Shown one piece after another: positions 1 through 8,693 of a stretch of DNA of 54,917 nt. Location of the stretch: positions 1 to 54,917 of the forward strand of contig JAWOEA010000008.1 of NCBI GenBank assembly GCA_046483005.1, in the 5' to 3' direction. How positions within the stretch are numbered: position 1 is the first letter of the stretch; each line of letters starts with the position of its first letter. Both the position numbers and the translations under genes were made by a program. This stretch comes from Candidatus Undinarchaeales archaeon (lineage in GTDB: Archaea > Undinarchaeota > Undinarchaeia > Undinarchaeales > JALTGF01). Below the pieces are notes generated by a model that saw only the letters and a program-made list of their open reading frames with translations, was not told the DNA's origin and did not search any database.

Positions 1-14
1 GGAACGTGAACCGC

Positions 15-689
15 TTACCACGATCTCCTTCCCTGTGGAATTGAGCCGACTGGGACGCATGAGTCCGCAAATGCAGTTGGCGAACGTTGGAAATGCTTGA
101 TTCTTTCAAAAACATTTTCTAATTTGGACTCATACTCAAAAACTGCATCGTGTTCTTTTAAAATTACTTCTGCCTCGCTTTTATGTCTTGAAAAGGCGCT
201 TTTATTATCAATAAATAGAACACGAGGAATTGCTGAAATAAATATTGAAAATGCTTTGAAAAAATTTACATCGCCTTTATTTTCTTTTTTGATATCCTCT
301 TTAAAAATATATTGCCTTATTTTATTCTTGATTTTAGGATATATTTTACCAAGGTCCTTGTCTTTTGAAAAATCCTTAATTTCTTTTAAAAGCCGTTCTC
401 TTGAAGTACTGCTGCATACATAAAAAAGAGGATCAAAATCTTCATTTCTGAGAAGATAAATTAAAGATAAACCTCCTTCTTTTAATTTAGAACCTCTAAT
501 AGTATAATCAGTGAAAATTATATGCGGCCTGAAAGATTTTGCTGCCTTAAGCGCTTCATCGTGGTTTGAAGTATATTTGACATTAAGCCCATATATATCT
601 AATTTTTTAAGATAATGCCTATACAAATCTCTATCATTTGGTTCGTCGTCTGCAATTAATATCCTAAGTCCTCTCTCTGACATAAACAA
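15..689 (-). CDS. Response regulator, CheY-like receiver domain with uncharacterized C-terminal domain
   Basis: N-terminus 'LRILIADDEPNDRDLY...' and 'IIFTDYTIRG' match the receiver-domain acidic pocket and phospho-acceptor Asp pattern. The C-terminal half has no motif I recognise. Confidence 0.7.
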   Translation of the reverse strand: MFMSERGLRILIADDEPNDRDLYRHYLKKLDIYGLNVKYTSNHDEALKAAKSFRPHIIFTDYTIRGSKLKEGGLSLIYLLRNEDFDPLFYVCSSTSRERLLKEIKDFSKDKDLGKIYPKIKNKIRQYIFKEDIKKENKGDVNFFKAFSIFISAIPRVLFIDNKSAFSRHKSEAEVILKEHDAVFEYESKLENVFERIKHFQRSPTAFADSCVPVGSIPQGRRSW

Positions 690-716
690 TTAAGTCAATT
701 TCAAACTTTATTAACT

Positions 717-1466
717 TTACTGAACTGTCCAGCCGCCGTCGACTACGATTGTCTGACCAGTCATGTAGTCGGAATCATCTGACGCCAGGAAAAGTACAGG
801 CTTTGCAATATCTTCCGGCTTTCCGGCTCTGCCCATTGGAATTCCTTTCAGGAGATTTTTTCTCTGTTCCGGAGTTTCCATCATGCCTTCCGTCATTGAC
901 GTTTCAATTAAACCGGGAGCAATTGCATTTACATTTATATTCTTGTCTGAAAATTCAAGAGCTGCTGTCCTTGTAAGTTCAATAACCCCTCCCTTTGAAC
1001 TTGAATAATGTGCCAGTGTCGGATAACCGATTAGTCCAGCAATTGATGCAGTGTTAATTATTTTTCCGCCGTTTCCCTGTTCAATCATCTGCTTTGCTGC
1101 GTGTTTGACTCCAAGAAAAACGCCTTTTAGATTTACATCAATTATTTTATCCCAGCTTTCCTCTTCTAGTTCAGTTAGAGGTGAAAAATTCAAAATTCCG
1201 GCGTTATTTACCATTATGTCCAGTTTTCCGAACTTTTCAACTGTTTTTTCAATTAAATTTTTAACTTGTCCTTCTTTTGAAACATCAGCTGAAATTCCCA
1301 CTGCTTCTCCATTGCCTTTGATTTCAGAAGCAACTTTTTCGCATTTCTCCTGCTTAGTGGAATTTACTACAACTTTTGCTCCTTCTTTAACAAATAGCTC
1401 GGCTATGCCTCTGCCGATGCCTGTGGTGGAACCTGTTATTATTGCAACTTTGTTTTCCAATTTCAT
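717..1466 (-). CDS. Short-chain dehydrogenase/reductase (FabG / glucose-1-dehydrogenase-like)
   Basis: Rossmann motif 'ITGSTTGIGRGIA', 'NNAG', catalytic 'YSSSK' and 'PG.I.T' are classical SDR signatures. Confidence 0.85.
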   Translation of the reverse strand: MKLENKVAIITGSTTGIGRGIAELFVKEGAKVVVNSTKQEKCEKVASEIKGNGEAVGISADVSKEGQVKNLIEKTVEKFGKLDIMVNNAGILNFSPLTELEEESWDKIIDVNLKGVFLGVKHAAKQMIEQGNGGKIINTASIAGLIGYPTLAHYSSSKGGVIELTRTAALEFSDKNINVNAIAPGLIETSMTEGMMETPEQRKNLLKGIPMGRAGKPEDIAKPVLFLASDDSDYMTGQTIVVDGGWTVQ

Positions 1467-1507
1467 TTTGCAGTTGTTTAATCTCTCCAGTATTTAAAAG
1501 TTTAGGT

Positions 1508-3208
1508 TTATTTATGAGTTAATATGCCTGCTATCTTTTCTTCGGCTCTTTCAATCTTTACAAAACCAAATCTTTCAAACTGAACAATGTCTCCTTCTTT
1601 TAGTTTTTTTGCGGATTCTTCTACATACCCATGAACAGAATGAAGTTTTTCCGGCTTTATTCCTTTGTCTTTTAGAAGGATTGTCGGCTTGAGTATTTCT
1701 GCCTCATAATAGTTGTCAGTAACCCACTGAATTTTTGCAGAATCTTTAATTACTTCTTTTGAATGGAATTTGGCTTTTCCGTCGCCGAGATATTTTACAT
1801 TATACAAATCTTTTAATCGGAATACTTCTCCTTTTTTGAAACCGTCTGCATCTGATTTTGGAATGTAGAATTTTCCTTTAGTTTCTATCTTTCTTGTTCC
1901 TCTTTCTGGATAGTCCGGATGGTTCTTTAGCTCGGCAGTTTCTTTTTTAACGTTTTCAACTTCAAGTTCTACCGGATTTGGAACAAAGAAATATCTGTCT
2001 GCCTGTTCATCAATAAATTTTGAATTTATCCCTGCAATCTGATCCCAGCTGATTGTTGTTGAGCCGGAAGTCATTCTTACTTCATGAGCAAGCTCTTTAA
2101 TTGTTTCAGAGAGGATTCCTCTTCGCCTCAATCCTTTTACTGTTGCCAGTCTTGGATCGTCCCATCTTTCAATGAGTCCTTCTTCAATCATTGACTTTAT
2201 TTTTCTCTTTGAGGTAGGGGTTCCTTCAACATTTATTCTTGAGTATGAAACCATTTCAGGATTTTTCAGTCCTAATAATGTTCTAATTTTATTTTGTAGA
2301 GGCTCCCTCTGTAAAAATTCATTCGACCTTAAAACATGAGTGATTCCGCATTCAGCATCTTCAACAGCATTTGCAAAATCATACAAAGGCCATACCCTGT
2401 ATTTGTCTTTTTGCAAAGGATGGGGCTCCTCTATGATTCTGAAAAGAGTAGGATCGCGCATGACAGCGTTTGTATCTTCCAAATTTCCCTTCAATCTGAT
2501 GACGGCACTTCCTTCCGACATATCTGTGTGCATTTTTTCCCAAATTTCAAGATTTTCTTCAACTGTATTTGACCTGCATTCACATGGTTCTCCTTTAAAT
2601 CTTAAATCTCTCATTAAATCAACTGGACAGGTGCAGGCATATACTTCTCCGTCATTCAGAAGTTTTTCAGCATACTTATAGAAAAGCTCCATGTCATCTG
2701 AATTATTTTTTCTTTCAGCATAATCGAGACCGAGCCATTCAATATCTTTGACAATTGATTCATAAAATTGTTTCTCTTCATGTTCAGGATTAGTATCTTC
2801 AAATCTTAGAATAAGCTTTCCATCATATTTTTTTGCATAGTAGTGGTTGAAATAGAATGAAATTGCATGACCTATATGTAGATGTCCGTTTGGTTCAGGA
2901 GGAAGTCTTGTAACTACTTTTCCTTTTTCTGCATTTTTAAGTTCGGGGAGCTCTTTTTGTTCTTCTTCTGACTCTTCTTCAAAAAATCCAGGATGTATTT
3001 TTTCAAGCTCCTGCTTCTGCTTTTTCTCCTTAAAAGAATTAACTTTCTTCACAGTTTTAGCAATTTCTTTCTGTAGTTTTTTAATGTCTTTTTTAAGTTC
3101 CGGTTTTTCTCCCAGAACATGGCCAATTACAGCCCCAGCTGTTGCCTTTCCTCCATGTGAGTAGGCGTTTGCCAAAGTATGCTTGTAAATAAGGTCTTTT
3201 TCCTTCAT
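1508..3208 (-). CDS. gltX: Glutamyl-tRNA synthetase (archaeal type)
   Basis: Class I HIGH motif 'PEPNGHLHIGHA', 'LRFEDTNPE', 'WDDPR'. The 566-aa length is typical of archaeal GluRS. Confidence 0.9.
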   Translation of the reverse strand: MKEKDLIYKHTLANAYSHGGKATAGAVIGHVLGEKPELKKDIKKLQKEIAKTVKKVNSFKEKKQKQELEKIHPGFFEEESEEEQKELPELKNAEKGKVVTRLPPEPNGHLHIGHAISFYFNHYYAKKYDGKLILRFEDTNPEHEEKQFYESIVKDIEWLGLDYAERKNNSDDMELFYKYAEKLLNDGEVYACTCPVDLMRDLRFKGEPCECRSNTVEENLEIWEKMHTDMSEGSAVIRLKGNLEDTNAVMRDPTLFRIIEEPHPLQKDKYRVWPLYDFANAVEDAECGITHVLRSNEFLQREPLQNKIRTLLGLKNPEMVSYSRINVEGTPTSKRKIKSMIEEGLIERWDDPRLATVKGLRRRGILSETIKELAHEVRMTSGSTTISWDQIAGINSKFIDEQADRYFFVPNPVELEVENVKKETAELKNHPDYPERGTRKIETKGKFYIPKSDADGFKKGEVFRLKDLYNVKYLGDGKAKFHSKEVIKDSAKIQWVTDNYYEAEILKPTILLKDKGIKPEKLHSVHGYVEESAKKLKEGDIVQFERFGFVKIERAEEKIAGILTHK

Positions 3209-3261
3209 TACTATTAAATAGTAAAAAGTAATTTATATAGTCTGCAATTATACTTGATATC

Positions 3262-3762
3262 ATGGAAAATACAAGAGAACATAAAAGATACAAATTCATA
3301 CTTGAAAGGTCCAGTAAAGAAGAATTTGAGGAAATGAATGAAAAGAACAGAGAGTATATCGAATTCTTTATGAAAGAGACCAGCGTTCTTGCAAACGAAG
3401 AGTCTGAAACAGGAAAAGGTAAGGAGCTTTTGAGGAAAGAAATAAATTATGAACTTAAAAAGAAAGCTCTTGAACTTGGAATGGACAAACACATTGTTAT
3501 AAGACACCCTACTGCAGGAAATATAAGATTTGAAAGATTCAGGGTAAAAATTGAAGAATTCTACAAATTTGAGAAATGGGAGCATGAAGGATACAAACCT
3601 TCCTTTGAAGACTTTACTGTTCCTGAACTAAGGAAAATTGCAGAATACGAGGACGTTGAAGTAAAGACCAGTTATAGAAAATCCAAATTAATTAAGACCC
3701 TAAAAAAGAAAAGGGTCAGAAAAAAGGACCTCCTCAAAATTGCCAGAAGACTGAAATTATAG
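3262..3762 (+). CDS. Hypothetical charged protein with SAP/Rho-N-like C-terminal helix pair
   Basis: The ORF fills the gap between gltX and the next ORF. 'FTVPELRKIAEYEDVEVKTSYRKSKLIKTLKK' resembles SAP/Rho_N motifs. No other recognisable family. Confidence 0.45.
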   Translation: MENTREHKRYKFILERSSKEEFEEMNEKNREYIEFFMKETSVLANEESETGKGKELLRKEINYELKKKALELGMDKHIVIRHPTAGNIRFERFRVKIEEFYKFEKWEHEGYKPSFEDFTVPELRKIAEYEDVEVKTSYRKSKLIKTLKKKRVRKKDLLKIARRLKL

Positions 3763-3763
3763 T

Positions 3764-4045
3764 ATGGGTATTAAACAGGAAATAGAAAACCACCTTAAAT
3801 ACAAATTTTCTATAGGAGACCGGACTATAGAGAAACTTGCAGAGCTGTATAAAAGAGATAAGGAATATGTTAAAACTTTTTTGAAACTTGCTGAAAAATT
3901 AAGATATGGAGATGAGAAAAAAAGAAGACATATTAATGAAAAGATGAAAAAGAAATCAGCAGGTAAAAGGCACATAATTAAAATTAAAAAACCAAGCGGC
4001 AAAACTGAAAAATACAAAAGATATCAAATTAGAATCAGTTATTAA
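3764..4045 (+). CDS. Hypothetical small basic protein
   Basis: Starts 2 nt after the stop of the preceding ORF. Lys/Arg-rich, no recognised motif. Its 3' end overlaps the convergent rnj by 11 nt. Confidence 0.35.
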   Translation: MGIKQEIENHLKYKFSIGDRTIEKLAELYKRDKEYVKTFLKLAEKLRYGDEKKRRHINEKMKKKSAGKRHIIKIKKPSGKTEKYKRYQIRISY

Positions 4046-5378
4046 AAATCTTTTTCTGTCCGTTTCTTAATAGATGTATATTATCCCCGAGCTTGTAATT
4101 TTCGCCGGTATTTTGATTATATTCTTCAGAAGCTAAATCAGCATAAGCAGCAAGTTTTTGGATGTCGCCGTGACAGGGAATTAAATTTTTAGGATTCAAC
4201 CTTTTAATTAAATCTCTGTGGTCTTCTCTGTCAGCATGTCCTGAAACATGAACATCTCTGAAAACTCTTCCACCCTGTGAAATTATGTTTTCTTCAAGTT
4301 TATGCCTGTTTTGTATGTTTATTGGAGTAGGAATTGTTCTGCATGAGAAAATAACCTGATCTTCTCTTTCTATTTTATAAGAATAATCTCCATTGACAAT
4401 TCTGGAAAGAATTGCTCTGGGCTCGCCCTGTCCTCCTGTAACTACAATTAAATGGTCCTGTTTATTTTTTGCAGCTTTTTTGAAAACCTTTTTCATTGCT
4501 TTTTGTCTTCCCATTACATCTAAATTAGGGAATTTTTTGATTCCAACAGCTTCTGCAACTTTGATATATTTTGCAAGAGACCGCCCGCAGAAAGAAACTT
4601 TCCTGTCCAGTTTTTTAGCTGCCTCCTGAATTGAATTTAATCTTTCAATATGAGATGAAAAACTTGTTACTAAAATTCCATTAGTATCATTAATAGTAGT
4701 TGTAAGTGTATCTTTAAGCATCTCTCTTGCAATCACTTCACCGGGGGTTTTATTGTATTCTTCTGAACCTACCGATTCAACAATTGCAACCTCAACTCCT
4801 TCTTTGCCAAGTTTCTTCATTCTTTTATAGTCAGGAGGTTTTGTGAGAGCCTGACTGTTGTCAAATTTGAAATCAGAAGCATAATAAACAATTCCTTCCG
4901 GTGTATGCAGAGCAGTATGAACTGTTTGGGGAGTTGAATGAGTTAAATGAACAAATTCAACTTCTGTTTTTCCTACATCTACTTTCTCTCCGGCTTCCAT
5001 AGTAACTGTATTAATTCTGTTGAATTTTTTATGAGGCATTGAATTTCTTAAAAATTCCATTGTAAATGGAGTTCCTATAACCGGGGCATCGTAGCGTTTT
5101 GCCATATATTCAACAGCTCCGCAGTGGTCTAAATGAGCGTGAGAAATTACAATTGCTTTAACATTGTCCTTCATTTTTTGAATTGGTTTATCGTCGGGAA
5201 GAACGCCTTCATTTGTTAAATTTGGTTCCTCTGGTTTCAGGCCTTTTTCCTCAAGAGCCATAAGAGGATCCAAATGAATGCCCATGTCAAGAAGAATTAT
5301 TTCATCATCTACCTTGACTGCAGTCATATTCTTTCCGACTTCTTCATATCCGCCTAGTGAGTAAATTTCTATTGTCAT
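4035..5378 (-). CDS. rnj: Archaeal RNase J (metallo-beta-lactamase / beta-CASP ribonuclease)
   Basis: MBL motif 'ISHAHLDHCGA', beta-CASP-type C-terminal motifs ('VHVSGHADRED', 'PCHGD'). The 447-aa length without KH domains fits aRNase J. Confidence 0.85.
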   Translation of the reverse strand: MTIEIYSLGGYEEVGKNMTAVKVDDEIILLDMGIHLDPLMALEEKGLKPEEPNLTNEGVLPDDKPIQKMKDNVKAIVISHAHLDHCGAVEYMAKRYDAPVIGTPFTMEFLRNSMPHKKFNRINTVTMEAGEKVDVGKTEVEFVHLTHSTPQTVHTALHTPEGIVYYASDFKFDNSQALTKPPDYKRMKKLGKEGVEVAIVESVGSEEYNKTPGEVIAREMLKDTLTTTINDTNGILVTSFSSHIERLNSIQEAAKKLDRKVSFCGRSLAKYIKVAEAVGIKKFPNLDVMGRQKAMKKVFKKAAKNKQDHLIVVTGGQGEPRAILSRIVNGDYSYKIEREDQVIFSCRTIPTPINIQNRHKLEENIISQGGRVFRDVHVSGHADREDHRDLIKRLNPKNLIPCHGDIQKLAAYADLASEEYNQNTGENYKLGDNIHLLRNGQKKIFNN

Positions 5379-5486
5379 TTTGTTTCGTTTCTGCGCGTAG
5401 CGCAGGTTTTTTGATCAAACTTTTTTTCGAAAAAAGTTTGTCCGGGTTCTTCATATCCGCCTAGTGAGTAAATTTCTATTGTCATT
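5340..5486 (-). repeat. Composite element E1: perfect 40-bp direct repeats (5340-5379, 5447-5486) flanking a 67-bp two-hairpin insert (5380-5446). Candidate micro mobile element / engineered leader
   Basis: Both copies read 'ttcttcatatccgcctagtgagtaaatttctattgtcatt' and cover position -1 to codon 13 of rnj. The insert has the GC hairpin ctgcgc-gta-gcgcag (5391-5405), the core TTTTGATCAAACTTTT (5409-5424) and the hairpin caaactttt...aaaagtttg (5416-5440). Confidence 0.9.
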
Positions 5487-5537
5487 GTTTGTATTTTTAT
5501 TATTGATTTGAATACTTGTTTTTTTGCGTATATAAAT

Positions 5538-6362
5538 CTACTTGAAAAGAATGGAAGCGTATCCTACCACTGAAGATTTGTCTCCTGTTGCATCTCCCGA
5601 AGTTGCATGCTTCAGGATTTCAGCTTTTTTTGCTCCTTTTTCCTTTGCAAATTCTGCAGAGGCAACTATTGGTCCAACTCCGCAAGCCCCTTTTTCTTTC
5701 ATTGTTTTTTCATAGAACTTTTTAGTATCAAGTTTCTTCAAAGGTTTTAAATTTTCAAGGTCCTTTTTCTTTACTATTTGAGGGGGCTGATAATGCAGTA
5801 AATCTGAACTTGCAATTACAGCTGTCTTTTTATCTGAAACAGAGGCTATTACTTTCCCTATTTTCTTTGAAATATCATAGTCCTGCATCCCCATGCATAC
5901 TGGCACTATTTTAAAATCATCCTGAATAAACTGGAGAAAAGGAAGCTGTACTTCAATTGAATGCTCTTTGAAGTGGGCCATATCTCCCGCAGAAAAATGT
6001 TCTTCTTTCTGTATTATTTTCTCTGCAAGCTCCTGATTTATTTCTACCTGACCGAAAGGCATTGCCCATGCACCTTCTTTCATTATTGAAATCGGAGCTC
6101 CTAAACCAGTATGACTGGGACCTAAAATTATAAAATTATCAATCTTATTTGACTCTGCAACCTCTTTATATAAATAAGCTGCCACTGAACCGGAATAAGC
6201 ATATCCGGCATGAGGTGCAACACCGGAGATAAAATTTTTATCTTCCTTTTTACCGGGCATTCCCGGACCCGTCTCTTTTTCAAAACTCTTTTTGATAGAT
6301 TCCTCTAACTGCTCCTTATTCAAAGGGTAAAAAGTTCCCGCAACTGCAGGAGTTCGTATCAT
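5538..6362 (-). CDS. MEMO1-family protein (AmmeMemoRadiSam system protein B)
   Basis: 'R.PAVAGTFYP', 'GVAPHAGYAYSG', 'ILGPSH' are typical of the MEMO family. It sits in the usual archaeal position next to rps2 and eno. Confidence 0.8.
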   Translation of the reverse strand: MIRTPAVAGTFYPLNKEQLEESIKKSFEKETGPGMPGKKEDKNFISGVAPHAGYAYSGSVAAYLYKEVAESNKIDNFIILGPSHTGLGAPISIMKEGAWAMPFGQVEINQELAEKIIQKEEHFSAGDMAHFKEHSIEVQLPFLQFIQDDFKIVPVCMGMQDYDISKKIGKVIASVSDKKTAVIASSDLLHYQPPQIVKKKDLENLKPLKKLDTKKFYEKTMKEKGACGVGPIVASAEFAKEKGAKKAEILKHATSGDATGDKSSVVGYASILFK

Positions 6363-6982
6363 TTTCTCTTTGATTCTGCCTGGAAGTCCTCTACTTTTAA
6401 AGTGAAATCAGAGTTGTCCTTTATTTCATCTCTTGCTTTCAGAACTTCTCTTGCAAGTATCCAGAATATTAGCGCCAGCGACTTCTTTCCTCTGTTATTT
6501 ACAGGAACAAGCAGATCAATATTTTGAGTCATATTGTTACTGTTTACCAGAGAAACAATTGGAATATTCATGTTAATTGCTTCCTTTACAGCCTGTTTAT
6601 CTGCTCCGGGGTCAACTACAAACAAAACTTCCGGCTCAATATGTTTTTCAAAAGCAGGATTCGTTAAAGAACCCGGCATGAATCTTTTAATTATTGCCTT
6701 TGCACCGATTGTTTCAGCAAACTTTCTTGCCGGTTTCTTTCCGACGTCTCGTCCTGAAACCACCATTATTTTTTCCGGTTTAAATCTTGCCAGAAACTTT
6801 GCAGCTGTTTCAAGTCGTTCATCAATTGCAGAAACATCTAGAACAGCCAGCCCGTCCGGTCTAGTCTTGTAAATAAACCGATCCATATCATCTAGTGCCC
6901 TTTGAGTTCCAATATGGATTCCGGTCGCCAGATACTTGTCCAGCGGAACTAATGTGTCTTTTTTAGTTGATTTTTTTGTCAT
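6359..6982 (-). CDS. rps2: 30S ribosomal protein S2 (uS2)
   Basis: 'LLATGIHIGTQ' type N-terminus, 207 aa. Start overlaps the eno stop (ATGA-type junction) in the conserved eno-rps2 order. Confidence 0.9.
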   Translation of the reverse strand: MTKKSTKKDTLVPLDKYLATGIHIGTQRALDDMDRFIYKTRPDGLAVLDVSAIDERLETAAKFLARFKPEKIMVVSGRDVGKKPARKFAETIGAKAIIKRFMPGSLTNPAFEKHIEPEVLFVVDPGADKQAVKEAINMNIPIVSLVNSNNMTQNIDLLVPVNNRGKKSLALIFWILAREVLKARDEIKDNSDFTLKVEDFQAESKRK

Positions 6983-8202
6983 TATAAAGTTGAAAGTTTT
7001 AAATTTTCTCTGTCTTCAATTCTTATGAGTTCGTTAAGTTTCGCAATTCTTTCTCCTCCGACTGTTCCTGTTTTTATTACAGGAATTGAGAAGCCGACAG
7101 ATATATGTGAAATTGAAACATCGGTTGTCTCCCCTGACCTGTGTGAAACCATAGGAGTTATTTCTTTCTCTTTCGCTTGGTTTATAACCTTTTCTGTTTC
7201 TGTTAAAGAACCAATTTGATTCGGCTTAATTATGACTGCATTGATTGATTTTTTTTCTACTGCTGTTTCAAGTCTGTCTGAATTTGTTGTAGTTAGATCA
7301 TCACCGACAACTAACGTATTTCCTTTAAGTTTATTATTTAGTTCTGCAAATGAAGTGAAATCCTCTTCATAAAAAGGGTCTTCAATTGAGAATATTTTGA
7401 ATTTCTTGCAGAGCTGGTCAAATAAATCAATCTGCTCTTCTGCAGTTATTTTTTTATGTTTATAAATATATTTTTCTTCTTTCTTATCATAAAATTCTGA
7501 AGCGGCTACATCTAAAGCAGGCTTTATTTCAATTCCCAGTTCATCTGATGCTCTTTCGCATGCAGAACTTAAAATATCAAGAGCACTGACTGAATCTAAT
7601 TTTGGAGCCCATGCTCCTTCGTCATTTCTCCCTCTTGTGAAATTTGAAACCTGGTCTGAGAGCATACCTCCTGCAATTTTATGGACTCTTGCATTTGCAA
7701 ATGCTGCTTCTTCAAAGCTTCCTGCTCCTACCGGTATTGAAAGAAATTCTTGTATTTGGGGAGTCCCTTTTCCTGCATGTACTCCTCCTCCAATTATATT
7801 TCCCAGCGGAAACGGAAGAGTGAAATTTTCATCTGCAAAAAGTTCAAACATACTGATTTCAGAAACTTTTGCATGTAGTTTTGCAGCTGCAAGGGAAACA
7901 GCAATTGAGAGTGACGCACCATATTTTTTATGTTCCGGGTCAATCTCCTGCATTAAATTATCTATTTCATGATAGTTTGATTCTTCTCCAATAAATCGTT
8001 TTATCTTAGATTCGAATTCTTCAATTGTTTTTGAAGCATCTCCAAGTGGATAAGCAGGAACTTCGTGTTTTCCAACTGAGGCTCCGGACGGAGCTGAAGC
8101 TTTTGCAGTTATATCATTAGCTGTAAATTCTGCTTCTATTGCTCTGCTTCCTCTGGAATTAAGAATAGTTCTTAATTTAAGATTTGTAATTGCCATTCTC
8201 AA
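6982..8202 (-). CDS. eno: Enolase
   Basis: 'ILNSRGSRAIEAE', 'APSGASVGKHE', 'SHRSGETTD' enolase signature. Confidence 0.9.
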   Translation of the reverse strand: MRMAITNLKLRTILNSRGSRAIEAEFTANDITAKASAPSGASVGKHEVPAYPLGDASKTIEEFESKIKRFIGEESNYHEIDNLMQEIDPEHKKYGASLSIAVSLAAAKLHAKVSEISMFELFADENFTLPFPLGNIIGGGVHAGKGTPQIQEFLSIPVGAGSFEEAAFANARVHKIAGGMLSDQVSNFTRGRNDEGAWAPKLDSVSALDILSSACERASDELGIEIKPALDVAASEFYDKKEEKYIYKHKKITAEEQIDLFDQLCKKFKIFSIEDPFYEEDFTSFAELNNKLKGNTLVVGDDLTTTNSDRLETAVEKKSINAVIIKPNQIGSLTETEKVINQAKEKEITPMVSHRSGETTDVSISHISVGFSIPVIKTGTVGGERIAKLNELIRIEDRENLKLSTL

Positions 8203-8405
8203 CAGAAATAGTAAAAAGAGTTATAAATAGTTAATTGATAGATGTTTGACAATCGATTATGGACGATCGACAATAGACAATTGATAGAGTCTGCTGCATA
8301 TGATCTACCTAAGTATTCTAACATCGAACACTTATCAACGATACAAACCTTTTTATACCCTGCTTGACATCATGTATGCTACAAATGGAAACAGAGGTGA
8401 ACTAA

Positions 8406-8693
8406 ATGAAAGGAACAGTAAAGTTTTTTAACAGAATGAAAAACTTTGGTTTTATTGAACCTGATGAAGGCGACGATGATCTTTTTGTACACAGATCAGA
8501 TGTTGAAAATGAAGTAGACCTTCACGAAGGCGACAGAGTAGAATTTGACGCAGGACAGGGCGACAAAGGACCAAAAGCAGAAAATGTTAAGAAGGTATCT
8601 GAAGAAGCAGCAGAAGCAGAAACTGAAGAAGAACCAGAAGAAGCTGAAGAAGCATCAGAAGAAGACGAAGAAGCTGAAGAAAAATCTGAATAA
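8406..8693 (+). CDS. Cold-shock domain protein with acidic C-terminal tail
   Basis: '[29 protein letters not shown]' matches the CspA RNP1/RNP2 pattern. The last ~32 aa are almost entirely E/A. Confidence 0.8.
   Translation: MKGTVKFFNRMKNFGFIEPDEGDDDLFVHRSDVENEVDLHEGDRVEFDAGQGDKGPKAENVKKVSEEAAEAETEEEPEEAEEASEEDEEAEEKSE

Noticed and set aside
97-423. Numerous 60-180-aa ORFs antisense to or out of frame with long genes, e.g. 97-423, 1051-1497, 2340-2681, 6534-6872, 7637-7972, 14204-14635, 38227-38628, 41152-41697, 49027-49473.
   Set aside because: Each lies entirely inside a longer ORF with clear family motifs on the other strand or frame. Their translations are low-complexity, Ser/Leu/Phe-rich 'shadow' sequences typical of AT-rich genomes.
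5380-5446. E1/E2 inserts as hammerhead or other small self-cleaving ribozymes, or as BHB introns.
   Set aside because: The hammerhead core (CUGAUGA ... GAAA flanking stem II) is absent. E1 has UGAUCA and a hairpin followed by AAAC, and E2 lacks even that. I could not draw a bulge-helix-bulge with 3-nt bulges at the insert boundaries. An unknown ribozyme class cannot be excluded.
5340-5486. E1/E2 as a mini-CRISPR array.
   Set aside because: Each has only two repeat copies, the 'repeats' differ completely between the two loci and are gene 5' ends, the 'spacers' are homologous to each other, and there are no cas genes in the window.
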